Positions 1 through 7,999 of a stretch of DNA of 32,000 nt are shown here, piece by piece. The notes under the pieces are model-generated. The model did no database searches, was not told the DNA's origin, and worked only from the letters and a program-made list of their open reading frames with translations. The translations under genes and the position numbers were made by a program. Within the stretch, counting starts at the first letter, position 1. The number at the start of each line of letters is the position of its first letter. Source of the stretch: Crocosphaera subtropica ATCC 51142 (GTDB lineage: Bacteria > Cyanobacteriota > Cyanobacteriia > Cyanobacteriales > Microcystaceae); contig NC_010546.1 in assembly GCF_000017845.1 (NCBI RefSeq), positions 1,470,001-1,502,000 on the forward strand, read 5' to 3'.

Positions 1-2
1 CC

Positions 3-413
3 ATGCCTTGGGACCCTTCAACCCATAACGCAGGGTTTACGACAGCCAAAGAACCCTGGTTGCCTATCCCTGATGAACATTGTCCGATGGCGGTAGACAT
101 TCAAGAAAAGGAAACAATGTCATTACTGAATAAATACCGTCGCTTGTTTAGTTGGCGCAACCGACAACCGGCTTTACGCAATGGGGATCTAACATTACTC
201 GACACACCCGAACCGTTATTAGGTTTCGCTCGTAAATGCGAAGAACAACACTTAATATGTTTATTCAATTTAAGCCCTGAGGCACTTCGTCACGACTTGT
301 CTAATTATCCTAATTGTCAAGAATCGGATGAATCGGATTTTACCAATCGCAGATATGACCATACCATTGAAATTCCTGGGTATGGGGTCTTTTTTGGTAA
401 TTGTTTGGGTTAA
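3..413 (+). CDS. C-terminal fragment of a GH13-family alpha-glucosidase/alpha-amylase-like glycosidase (5' end lies outside the window)
   Basis: The frame is open from the window edge. The translated tail (NAGFTTAKEPWLPI, RRLFSWRNRQPALRNGDLTLLD, LICLFNLSPEA) looks like the C-terminal beta-sandwich region of oligo-1,6-glucosidase/alpha-glucosidase enzymes. An intrinsic terminator follows. Confidence 0.7.
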   Translation: MPWDPSTHNAGFTTAKEPWLPIPDEHCPMAVDIQEKETMSLLNKYRRLFSWRNRQPALRNGDLTLLDTPEPLLGFARKCEEQHLICLFNLSPEALRHDLSNYPNCQESDESDFTNRRYDHTIEIPGYGVFFGNCLG

Positions 414-423
414 TTAAGTTAGG

Positions 424-452
424 AAGGTGGGCAATACCCACCTTATTTTTTT
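424..452 (+). terminator. Rho-independent terminator after the GH13 gene
   Basis: Stem AAGGTGGG (424-431), loop CAATA, stem CCCACCTT (437-444), then ATTTTTTT. The stem is a copy of the GGTGGGCAAT-N-CCCACC palindrome also seen at 2221-2237. Confidence 0.8.
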
Positions 453-524
453 AGTAAAATAATAGAAATTAAACAACGACAACAACTTTGACACAGTGAA
501 ATTTTGTACAATAGTTAATCAATT

Positions 525-1031
525 ATGACACAAGAATTGATAGAACTCAGGCAATATATTGAAGAGGGGCGGTATCAAGACGCACTAGGCATTATTGATG
601 AATTAGAAGAAATGAGCAAAAAAGCGATCTTAGAAAAAATCCAAAGTTTTTTAGTAAGATTACTGATTCATCTAATTAAAAACCAAGTTGAACAACGTTT
701 AACTAATTCTTGGGCGGTTTCAATTCGAGATTCTATTGTAAAAATACAATCCCTTAATCTTAAAGATAATAAAAAATCTTATTACATCAAAGAACAAGAA
801 TGGCAAGACTTTTTAGAAGAAGCTTTAGACGATGCTATTTTTGCCGCTAGTATAGAAGTTTTTGAAGGTAAATATAATCCTTTTCAACTTAGAGAAAAGA
901 TCAATGAAGAGGAGATCAAAAACATAACTTATGATTTATTAAAGATGACTTATACTTATTCAAAGAAAACAATTAGAGGCGAAATTAATCACCAACTCTC
1001 TAAATTACCAGGAGGAGATGAATGGGTATAA
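525..1031 (+). CDS. Hypothetical protein, distantly DUF29-like
   Basis: 168-aa ORF with an ATG start. The central pattern EEMSKKAILEKIQSFLVRLLIHLIKNQVEQRLTNSW resembles the DUF29 core (E-x-MG-x-SE...L-x-LL-x-HLLK...R-x-SNSW) common in cyanobacteria. The family call is made from memory only. Confidence 0.55.
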   Translation: MTQELIELRQYIEEGRYQDALGIIDELEEMSKKAILEKIQSFLVRLLIHLIKNQVEQRLTNSWAVSIRDSIVKIQSLNLKDNKKSYYIKEQEWQDFLEEALDDAIFAASIEVFEGKYNPFQLREKINEEEIKNITYDLLKMTYTYSKKTIRGEINHQLSKLPGGDEWV

Positions 1032-1096
1032 TAAGCCCTTTTTTCAACAAGAATAATTGATTGATCTCCTAGAATTAATAGTAGACTGTACTTACC

Positions 1097-2200
1097 CTAA
1101 TTTTTTGCTCCTGCTTTAATTAAGAGTTGAATAATTTCAGTATTTCCTGTTCTCATAGCACGACTTAAAACCGTATCTCCCCATTCATCTCTAGTATTAA
1201 CATTAGCTCCAGCAGACAATAGTATTTTAACGATTTCAACATTATTTGCGTTAGCTGCTGCTTCGAGAGCATTCCAACCTTCAATAGTCTTAGCGTTAAC
1301 ATTTGCACCTGCTTTAAGTAATGTTTTGATAACTTCTAGTTGTTTAACTTGTATAGTATCTATTGAATAACTACGTCTTGGATAAATTAGATAAGTATCA
1401 CTAGCTGAATTAATTAATGGTGTTTCACCATCATCTTCTCTTCCTAGTTCAATATTAGCACCTACTTTTAATAGAATATGAACGATAGATGGATGATGAT
1501 TGCCTGCTGCTAAGTATAAAGCAGTACATCCCTCAGAATCAAAAGCATTAATATTAACTTTATTATTAATAGCATTAATTACTCCTTGTAAGTCATTTAA
1601 CGCTGCTACTTCTGTAAAATTTTCTGTTAATTTATCATTTAAACGTTGTCGATAAATGATACCTTTCCTAAGAGCTTGTTCTGCTTCTTCTCTTAATTCT
1701 GAAACAGTATAACGAAGCAAATAATCAAAGATGTCTTGATAACCTTGTTCAGCAGCATGAACCAGAGCATAATAACCATTATCAGAAACAATATTAACAT
1801 TAGCTCCATTTTCGATTAAGGCTTTAACCAGTGGCATATTGCCATCACAAACTGCTTTCATTAAAATAGTTTCGCCTTCGCTATCTATAAGTTTTTGGTT
1901 AATATCAATACCAGTTTTGACTAATTCTAATAAAATTTCAGTTTTTTCTTTATATTTACTTCTTTCTAATAACCACTGACTTTCCTGATTTACTAATGCT
2001 CCTGCTTGTAGTAAAATTCGTACAATTTCTAAATTTCCACGTTCTACAGCAATCATTAACGGTGTAAATATACTTTGCTCTTTTTGTTCTAAATCAATAC
2101 CTTTTTTTATGAAAAATTTAACTTGATCGATATTGTTTTCATCAATAGCTTGACAGAGCAAAGAAAATTGAGAAAATTGTTGTTTTTTAGAAGGATACAT
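1097..2200 (-). CDS. Ankyrin-repeat protein (about 8-9 ANK repeats)
   Basis: Repeated TPLM/ALxxAAxxGxxxIVxxLLxxGAxVN units run through the ORF (for example TPLMIAVERGNLEIVRILLQAGALVN and NALEAAANANNVEIVKILLSAGANVN). I place the start at ATG 2200 (MYPSKKQQ). The track's 12 upstream codons (MGNAHLTNFKLI) read through the palindromic hairpin at 2221-2237 and are probably not coding. Confidence 0.85.
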   Translation of the reverse strand: MYPSKKQQFSQFSLLCQAIDENNIDQVKFFIKKGIDLEQKEQSIFTPLMIAVERGNLEIVRILLQAGALVNQESQWLLERSKYKEKTEILLELVKTGIDINQKLIDSEGETILMKAVCDGNMPLVKALIENGANVNIVSDNGYYALVHAAEQGYQDIFDYLLRYTVSELREEAEQALRKGIIYRQRLNDKLTENFTEVAALNDLQGVINAINNKVNINAFDSEGCTALYLAAGNHHPSIVHILLKVGANIELGREDDGETPLINSASDTYLIYPRRSYSIDTIQVKQLEVIKTLLKAGANVNAKTIEGWNALEAAANANNVEIVKILLSAGANVNTRDEWGDTVLSRAMRTGNTEIIQLLIKAGAKN

Positions 2201-2220
2201 AATAAGTTTAAAGTTAGTCA

Positions 2221-2237
2221 GGTGGGCATTGCCCACC
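2221..2237. repeat. Short palindromic element GGTGGGCATTGCCCACC (second copy of the motif in the 424-444 terminator)
   Basis: Perfect 8-1-8 palindrome. It lies 11 nt downstream of the DsrH-like stop and 20 nt upstream of the ankyrin ATG. It has no U-tract on the minus strand. Confidence 0.7.
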
Positions 2238-2248
2238 CTACCTTTTGA

Positions 2249-2629
2249 TTACCAATGCCACACTTGGTCGTAATTATCAAACAATTTAGGCAATTCTTTA
2301 AAGGATATTTTTTCAATTCCTGCTAATAATTTATCTTCGGGAATTCCTCGTTTAGAAATGTCTTCACTGATAGCATAAACTTTAATGCCTTTGTCAAGAC
2401 ATTGTTGCAAATCGTCATCTAATTTAGCAGGAAAACTTTGTTTCCATTCCCCAAAAGAAAGCCCTTCTACTACTTGACCTTTGACTGCATAATTAACTGC
2501 ATTAGCCCGTAACACAATATCAACGTCACCGCCAATCGTTTCTAACACTTGAATAAACCAAACAACGGGATCATCTTGTTCTTCAATGGTGCAACGATAA
2601 GCGGACTGAATGACTTGTAATACTTTCAT
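2249..2629 (-). CDS. DsrH/TusB-like sulfur-relay family protein
   Basis: Start chosen at ATG 2629 (MKVLQVIQ), preceded by AGGAG that overlaps the stop of the upstream gene. The Rossmann-like N-terminus and the C-terminal KVYAISEDISKRGI motif are typical of the DsrE/F/H superfamily. It is third in a tightly packed three-gene set. Confidence 0.7.
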   Translation of the reverse strand: MKVLQVIQSAYRCTIEEQDDPVVWFIQVLETIGGDVDIVLRANAVNYAVKGQVVEGLSFGEWKQSFPAKLDDDLQQCLDKGIKVYAISEDISKRGIPEDKLLAGIEKISFKELPKLFDNYDQVWHW

Positions 2630-2637
2630 TTTTGCTC

Positions 2638-3048
2638 CTATTTTGTGCCAATAACTAAGGTTCCGCTTGCGTCTTTCGACCATTCCCAAAAGTCTTTAGG
2701 TGCGCCCCGACGACAGCCTTCGACAGCATCGTTAACGCCTCTTTCATCGACGCAAAGCCCACAATTAACCCATTCTAATTCACACCCTTTACTTTTTGCT
2801 TTATTAAATAAGGCTGTAATCCAATCTTTAGTTAAAGGGTGATTTTCTTCGTCAAACGTGCGACCATGAACACTATTGGCATGGGGTTTTTGATGGGCAA
2901 ATCCTAAAGAAACACCACCTTCATAGGTAAATACTTTAACGTCGTATCCCTTATCTAAAGCTGCGTCAATCATACGAAAAGCAGTGGTGGTTCTGGCTTG
3001 CTCAAAAGGATTATCCATCAACAAAAAACTTAAAACTGTCTTACTCAT
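2638..3048 (-). CDS. DsrE/TusD-like sulfur-relay protein (carries the candidate active-site Cys)
   Basis: N-terminal MSKTVLSFLLMDNPFEQARTTTAFRMIDAAL is DsrE-fold-like. NCGLCVDERGV sits where DsrE/TusD proteins carry the persulfide-accepting Cys. AGGAG lies upstream of the ATG. Confidence 0.78.
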   Translation of the reverse strand: MSKTVLSFLLMDNPFEQARTTTAFRMIDAALDKGYDVKVFTYEGGVSLGFAHQKPHANSVHGRTFDEENHPLTKDWITALFNKAKSKGCELEWVNCGLCVDERGVNDAVEGCRRGAPKDFWEWSKDASGTLVIGTK

Positions 3049-3069
3049 TTTCTTGGTTTCTCCTATTAA

Positions 3070-3390
3070 TTATAACCACATCATTTTTTGTCCTTCACTC
3101 ATGGCATCCACGATAGATGCAACGGTAGAAACTTCAATTTTAGCCCCTAATTCTGTGCTATCAATGCCTCGTTCATCTAAGGAAAATTCATCCGCCAATA
3201 ACTTGACTTTCTCTAGATTAGTTAATCCTTGAGATGCTACAGTCGAACGGGCTGCCAATACACCATTTTCGATTAAAAATAAGGTGACTTCGTTGCCAGC
3301 ATCAGCGAGATCGGAGGCGAGATTATAATTATTATTCACCTCTGGATAATCAAAGGGACTTTGTGATTCAATTAGGAAATATTTAGCCAT
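3070..3390 (-). CDS. DsrF/TusC-like sulfur-relay protein (no Cys at the equivalent site)
   Basis: The MAKYFLIESQSPF N-terminus and LADEFSLDERGI motif parallel the middle gene but lack the Cys. It is the first gene of the operon and lies 21 nt upstream of the next gene. Confidence 0.68.
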   Translation of the reverse strand: MAKYFLIESQSPFDYPEVNNNYNLASDLADAGNEVTLFLIENGVLAARSTVASQGLTNLEKVKLLADEFSLDERGIDSTELGAKIEVSTVASIVDAMSEGQKMMWL

Positions 3391-3845
3391 TGATTGCTAG
3401 ATTTTAACTTATTTGAGGAGTGATCATGGGTCATCTCATGGTGAGAAAATTAAGAACATTTCCTGTTCTCAATATCATTGAAGTCTCTGGCTATGAAAAT
3501 ACTATCTTAAACCATCCACTTCTCCCACCACCCTATCACTGAGTTTAAGAATAAGTGTTAATTTTTCCAAATTACTCAAGGTTTGTCCCTATTTTTCAGA
3601 CGGTTTGCTACAATTAAATTGTCTTACGGAGGTTGATTCCCTAGATGGTAAATACCTTGAGCTTATTGAGGAGCAAGGTCGTCTAGAAAATCTTAAAAGA
3701 CAATCGAGATTAATAGAGAGAGATAGTCAGCAGTATTAACTGTCATAATTTAGGGAAATAGTCTGAGATTTTTAACCTTCGCCAGTAAAAACCCTAATTT
3801 AATCAATCTTCTCTGTTAAACGCAATTGATTCTAGGTGGTGTGAG

Positions 3846-4028
3846 ATGTTAGAACGTTTATTATTAGCGAGTACGGTAACGTGGTTGCTTTATCTATCAT
3901 TGCAGTTGGGTGAGTCCCCTATGACTCCCAACACAATGAATCAAACAGCGACTCATGTTCCTATTGAACAGCTAGAAAGTCCTTCTCATGATCCTAACTT
4001 TGGCGATTTTACCGTTGCTCAAAAATAA
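3846..4028 (+). CDS. Small hypothetical protein with one N-terminal hydrophobic helix
   Basis: 60-aa ORF. AGGTGG lies a few nt upstream of the ATG. LLLASTVTWLLYLSLQL is TM-like. A hairpin follows at 4096-4119. I recognise no homology. Confidence 0.35.
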   Translation: MLERLLLASTVTWLLYLSLQLGESPMTPNTMNQTATHVPIEQLESPSHDPNFGDFTVAQK

Positions 4029-4095
4029 GGATTATGACTAAAAGATGAAATGGTTATACTTACCTCACACACCAAAAATTTTACAATCAAATAAT

Positions 4096-4119
4096 AGGGG
4101 CTAATATTTATTAGCCCCT
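4096..4119. terminator. Hairpin between convergent small ORFs (possible bidirectional terminator)
   Basis: AGGGGCTAA-TATTT-ATTAGCCCCT, with A/T-rich sequence on both sides. Confidence 0.5.
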
Positions 4120-4150
4120 TAATTAATAACAAGAAAAAAAGTGATCAACG

Positions 4151-4306
4151 TTAAGCAGCTTTATTGGTTTCTCTTTTAGTATAAGGTTTACAGTCATAAG
4201 GCTGTATTCCCATATTTTGATAGTCGTCTTTAGCTGGACTAAAAATTCTAGCAAAGCCTTCTGTCAAATACTGCACAAACCCCTGTAATACATTGTTGAG
4301 TTTCAT
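4151..4306 (-). CDS. 51-aa small protein missed by the 60-aa ORF track
   Basis: Minus-strand ATG at 4306 is preceded by GGAGGCAGATGGT. Translation: MKLNNVLQGFVQYLTEGFARIFSPAKDDYQNMGIQPYDCKPYTKRETNKAA. It ends at TAA (4153-4151) just before the 4096-4119 hairpin. The sequence resembles a small conserved cyanobacterial protein family; that is memory only and unverified. Confidence 0.45.
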   Translation of the reverse strand: MKLNNVLQGFVQYLTEGFARIFSPAKDDYQNMGIQPYDCKPYTKRETNKAA

Positions 4307-4606
4307 ACCATCTGCCTCCAACTCATTAAATAAATTATGAATTCGTTTTCTGCTTTTTAGTTCAAAGAAAGAGAATAATCATTTCTGCTTCTCTATTTCG
4401 ATTATGTAATAAGAAGATTAACTTTTAACTATGTTAGTAATAAATATTGAATTTTCTTTATAATACTTTGCTAACTATGAGGGATCATTTTAAATTCTAT
4501 AAAGAAATATATCTTTTTTGAAAAAGTATAGTTGAAGTACCTATTAATTATTATCCCATTTTTAGAGGACTTGGCAACAGTTTTATAACAGTTTTCATTT
4601 GCATAG

Positions 4607-4761
4607 AACTCATATCTTACACCTTCGATTAAATCAGCTAGTTTGTTAGGGTTCAGCCATCAGCCGTCAGCTATATTTCTATAATATTGAACGCTGAACA
4701 CTAACTGCTTTTCTGAACAAGGAACAGGGTTCATTTTGATGGTAACGGCTTAAGAATTTAT
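4607..4761 (+). repeat. Dispersed repeat, copy 1 (short form)
   Basis: Aligns with 12055-12253 at roughly 85-90% identity. Shared blocks are AACTCATATCTT-CACCTTC, GTTCAGCCATCAGCC-TCAGCTATATTTCTATAAT, CTTTTCTGAACA and GGGTTCATTTTGATGGTAAC-GCTTAAGAATTTAT. It contains the tandem heptamers TCAGCCA TCAGCCG TCAGCTA (4653-4673) and a TATAAT at 4680-4685. Confidence 0.85.
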
Positions 4762-4842
4762 TTTCTGTTTTTTGTTGCTGAGTTTTCTTGTACTGCTATA
4801 GGTTTTAAGATAAACTGGGGAGAAATTTTTAGGGTCTTGATT

Positions 4843-7788
4843 ATGTCCTTTAATACCTTAGTGGATCTGTTACAAGAAAGAAGTTTACAACAAGCTAATC
4901 ACCCAACCTATACCTTTCTTCATGAAGGGGAAAAAGAGGCAGGAACTCTCACTTATGGTAATTTAGACAAACAAGCTAAAGCGATCGCAGCCTATCTTCA
5001 GTCTGTCAACGCCAAAGGGGAAAGAGTCTTATTGTTATATCCTCCTGGACTTGATTTTATAACAGGGTTTTTCGGATGTTTATCTGCAGGGGCGATCGCC
5101 ATTCCGGCCTATCCTCCCCGTCCCGATCAATCTTTAGATAGATTAGAAGCGATCGCAACAGATGCCGGGGCCAAGTTTATTTTAACCATTAATCCCTTAG
5201 TTCCCTATTTACAAGGTCGTTTTACCACCAGTCCTATATTAAGCAGCTTAACTATAATTGATAGCAATACCGTTAGTAAAGATCAACAGCTAGAGTGGAA
5301 AGACCCCAATATTAACGGTGACACCATTGCCTTTTTACAATATACCTCTGGTTCAACCGGCAAACCCAAAGGAGTGATCATTAACCATGATAATCTGCTT
5401 CATAACTTAGAAATGGGTTATAAATATGCAGACATTACCCCCAACACCAAAACCGTCAGTTGGTTACCTTTTGGTCATAATACGGGGTTAGTGGTAGGGG
5501 TATTACAACCTCTGTATAGCGATCATCCCGTCATCCTCCTGTCCCCCCTAGACTTCCTACAAAAACCGTCACGGTGGTTAACCGCCATTTCTCGTTATCA
5601 GGCTACCCAAAGTTTAGCCCCCAACTTTGCTTATGACTTAGTGGCCTTTGCTACCAGTCCTGAAGAAAAAGAAACCCTGGATCTCAGTAGTTGGGAATTT
5701 GCCGTCAGTGGGGCCGAACCCATTCGGGCCGAAACCTTAGAAAGATTTGCCAAAACCTTTGCCAGTTGTGGGTTTCGTTGGCAAGCATTAAGCGCCGGAT
5801 ATGGCATGGCCGAAAGTGTTGTCGGTATTAGTTTAGGGAATAAAGAGAAACCACCCCTTATCCTGACGATCGATAAAACCCAGTTACAAGACAATAAAGT
5901 TGTAGTGGTTAATAATGAAGGGGAAAATAGTCAAAAATTGGTAGGCTGTGGCACAACAGGGGCAGAACAAACAGTCATTATCGTTAACCCTGACACCCTA
6001 ACTCAGTGTGATGATAACGAAATTGGAGAAATTTGGGTATGTGGCCCTAGTGTTGCCCAAGGGTATTGGAACCGTCCAGAAGCTACAGAAGAAGCATTTA
6101 AAGGCTATTTAAAAGACACTCAAGAAGGGCCATTTTTACGCACTGGGGACTTAGGATTTATCTTAGAAGAAGAGTTATTTGTCACAGGCCGTCTCAAAGA
6201 TTTAATTATTATTCGAGGTAAAAACCATTATCCTCAAGATATTGAGTTAACCACACAAAGAAGTCATCAAGCATTACGGCCCAGTTGTAATGCAGCCTTT
6301 TCGGTTGATATAGATAACCAAGAAAAACTGGTTATTGTGCAAGAAGTCCATGAAGCGGCCATCGAATCATTGGATCACGATCAAGTCTTTAATGCTATTC
6401 GTCAGGCTGTTTCCCAACAACATCAATTACAAGTATACGCTATCTTGTTATTAAAACCTGGAACCATTCCTAAAACATCGAGTAATAAAATTCAACGCCA
6501 TGCTTGCAAAAGAGGGTTTTTAGAAGAGAATTTAGACGTTATTGCCAGCAACAAACAAGAAGGGGTTAATGTAGAACAAAAATTAGTTTCTTTAGATCAA
6601 AATACTTTGTTGGCCAGTCCTCCTGAAAAACGCCAAGAATTATTACAAGCTTATCTCAAAGGTTTAATTGCTAATGTTTTAAAGGTTGATCCTTCAGCAA
6701 TAGACTGGAAACAACCCTTAACCAGCATGGGACTTGATTCTTTAACGGTGGTACAGTTAAGTGACTTATTACAAGAAAATTTAGGATCGTCTTTTCAAGC
6801 GACGTTAATCTTTGAATATCCTACCGTAGAAGCCTTAGCTAACTATTTCGCCACCGAAGTATTTACCTCACAGGGGTATAACATCGGGTTACTCGAAGAA
6901 CAAGGGACTGTAAAAACAGGGTTTGCTTCTCCTGTCATTGCTATTCAGTCTCAAGGGACAAAACCCCCCTTTTTCTGTGTTCCTGGGGGTGTAGGGACGG
7001 CCTTTTATCTCCATGCTTTAGCCCATCATTTAGGGAACGATCAACCTTTTTATGGACTGCAAGCAAGGGGAATGGACGATCAAGCCGTACCCTTTACTGA
7101 TGTAGGGGAAATGGCTGCTTATTACATCCATGCGTTAAAAACCATTCAACCTGTAGGCCCTTATTTTCTGGGGGGTCATTCCTTTGGGGGTCAAGTGGCC
7201 TTTGAAATTAGCCAACAATTACAACAACAAGGGGATGAAATCGGTTTATTAGCCATTTTTGATATTCCTGCGCCCTTATTTAATAACCTCATAGTGGTGG
7301 GTTGGGATGATACCAAATATATGAGTGAAGTGGTGAAGTTATTTGAGTTCTTTTTAAAGGAAAATCTCAATATTTCTTATAATGATCTCAAAGGATTCTT
7401 TCCAGGGGAACAGTTAGACTATGTAACAGAACGGTTGGTTAAAAAGCTTCATGTCACTCCTTCTCCAACGGCGACCCAACAGGTGAGAGGCTTTGTTAAA
7501 GTATTAAAAGCCAGTGTTTATGCGATGGCTCATTATAAGCCTCAAAAACGCTATGCTACACCACTTCATGTTTTTCGTAGTAGCGATGTCCGTTTATGGG
7601 AAACTGCCAATGGGGTTAATGATAGGATTCGCACGCAAATTCAGAAAAATATGTCCTTCGGATGGGATCAACTCTCTGAAGGAACGATTAATATCACTTC
7701 GGTTCCGGGAGATCATATTACGATGATGCTTGAACCTAATGTGAAAATCTTAGCCCAAAGTCTTCAAAAGAGTTTGCAAACAATATAG
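4843..7788 (+). CDS. Tridomain fatty acyl-AMP ligase (FAAL) - acyl/peptidyl carrier protein - thioesterase
   Basis: The adenylation core has LQYTSGSTGKPKGV, YGMAES, TGDLGF and GRLKDLIIIRGKNHYPQDIE, with a FAAL-type N-terminus (TFLHEGEKEAGTLTYGNLDKQAKAIAAYL). The carrier domain has MGLDSLTVVQL (phosphopantetheine Ser). The alpha/beta-hydrolase TE domain has GGHSFGG and a C-terminal PGDHITMM. I prefer ATG 4843 (MSFNTL) over the track's TTG 4837. Confidence 0.9.
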   Translation: MSFNTLVDLLQERSLQQANHPTYTFLHEGEKEAGTLTYGNLDKQAKAIAAYLQSVNAKGERVLLLYPPGLDFITGFFGCLSAGAIAIPAYPPRPDQSLDRLEAIATDAGAKFILTINPLVPYLQGRFTTSPILSSLTIIDSNTVSKDQQLEWKDPNINGDTIAFLQYTSGSTGKPKGVIINHDNLLHNLEMGYKYADITPNTKTVSWLPFGHNTGLVVGVLQPLYSDHPVILLSPLDFLQKPSRWLTAISRYQATQSLAPNFAYDLVAFATSPEEKETLDLSSWEFAVSGAEPIRAETLERFAKTFASCGFRWQALSAGYGMAESVVGISLGNKEKPPLILTIDKTQLQDNKVVVVNNEGENSQKLVGCGTTGAEQTVIIVNPDTLTQCDDNEIGEIWVCGPSVAQGYWNRPEATEEAFKGYLKDTQEGPFLRTGDLGFILEEELFVTGRLKDLIIIRGKNHYPQDIELTTQRSHQALRPSCNAAFSVDIDNQEKLVIVQEVHEAAIESLDHDQVFNAIRQAVSQQHQLQVYAILLLKPGTIPKTSSNKIQRHACKRGFLEENLDVIASNKQEGVNVEQKLVSLDQNTLLASPPEKRQELLQAYLKGLIANVLKVDPSAIDWKQPLTSMGLDSLTVVQLSDLLQENLGSSFQATLIFEYPTVEALANYFATEVFTSQGYNIGLLEEQGTVKTGFASPVIAIQSQGTKPPFFCVPGGVGTAFYLHALAHHLGNDQPFYGLQARGMDDQAVPFTDVGEMAAYYIHALKTIQPVGPYFLGGHSFGGQVAFEISQQLQQQGDEIGLLAIFDIPAPLFNNLIVVGWDDTKYMSEVVKLFEFFLKENLNISYNDLKGFFPGEQLDYVTERLVKKLHVTPSPTATQQVRGFVKVLKASVYAMAHYKPQKRYATPLHVFRSSDVRLWETANGVNDRIRTQIQKNMSFGWDQLSEGTINITSVPGDHITMMLEPNVKILAQSLQKSLQTI

Positions 7789-7999
7789 TTAATAGTAGCG
7801 ATCGCTTGTTTGATAATTGTAAGATTATGGGATAGGCGATCGCATTTCCTTTAATACAACTTCTTGTTGGTTGGCAGTTCTCCCTAGATTCTCTTCCGTC
7901 GAACTCAGGTTATAAATAGTTTGAGTATGTTTTGGGGCATATTAAAGGTGTGGTGCGATGACAATGAACTCCCAGTCCCCCTTATCTTAAAAATGACCC

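Noticed and set aside
2201-2236. The 12-codon N-terminal extension (MGNAHLTNFKLI) of the ankyrin ORF.
   Set aside because: It is the translation of the GGTGGGCATTGCCCACC palindrome. The internal ATG at 2200 gives a sensible start.
3426-3542. 38-aa + strand ORF (MGHLMVRKLRTF...PPPYH) preceded by GAGGAG, in the dsrEFH-like upstream region.
   Set aside because: The SD-like sequence is the only support. There is no terminator or recognisable features, and the ORF overlaps the likely promoter region of the divergent operon. An ATG-less open frame at 3497-3739 was dismissed for the same reason.
4371-4386. GAGAATAATCATTTCT, which shares the AATAATCATT core with the Zur-type boxes. It lies upstream of the small minus-strand ORF and the FAAL gene.
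   Set aside because: Only one half-site is present and the full sequence is not palindromic. The AT-rich background makes a chance match likely.
4981-4988. Many GCGATCGC (HIP1) octamers, for example at 4981, 5092, 5149, 7798 and 7836, with more throughout the window.
   Set aside because: This is a well-known genome-wide cyanobacterial signature. It is useful as a lineage marker but is not a locus-specific feature.
5631-5894. Antisense or alternate-frame ORFs from the track lying inside strongly supported genes: 5631-5894, 7514-7726, 8914-9165, 9313-9543, 9459-9647, 11334-11525, 13461-13724, 15901-16206, 16716-16970, 17434-17619, 19120-19305, 19378-19668, 20252-20563, 20693-20881, 25142-25447, 26204-26410, 27630-27812, 27804-27998, 2645-2842 and 2984-3232.
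   Set aside because: Each lies wholly or largely (15901-16206 in part) within a gene whose translation carries clear family motifs. Their own translations are low-complexity or Ser/Pro/Arg-rich, with no RBS and no recognisable motifs. This is typical shadow-ORF behaviour.
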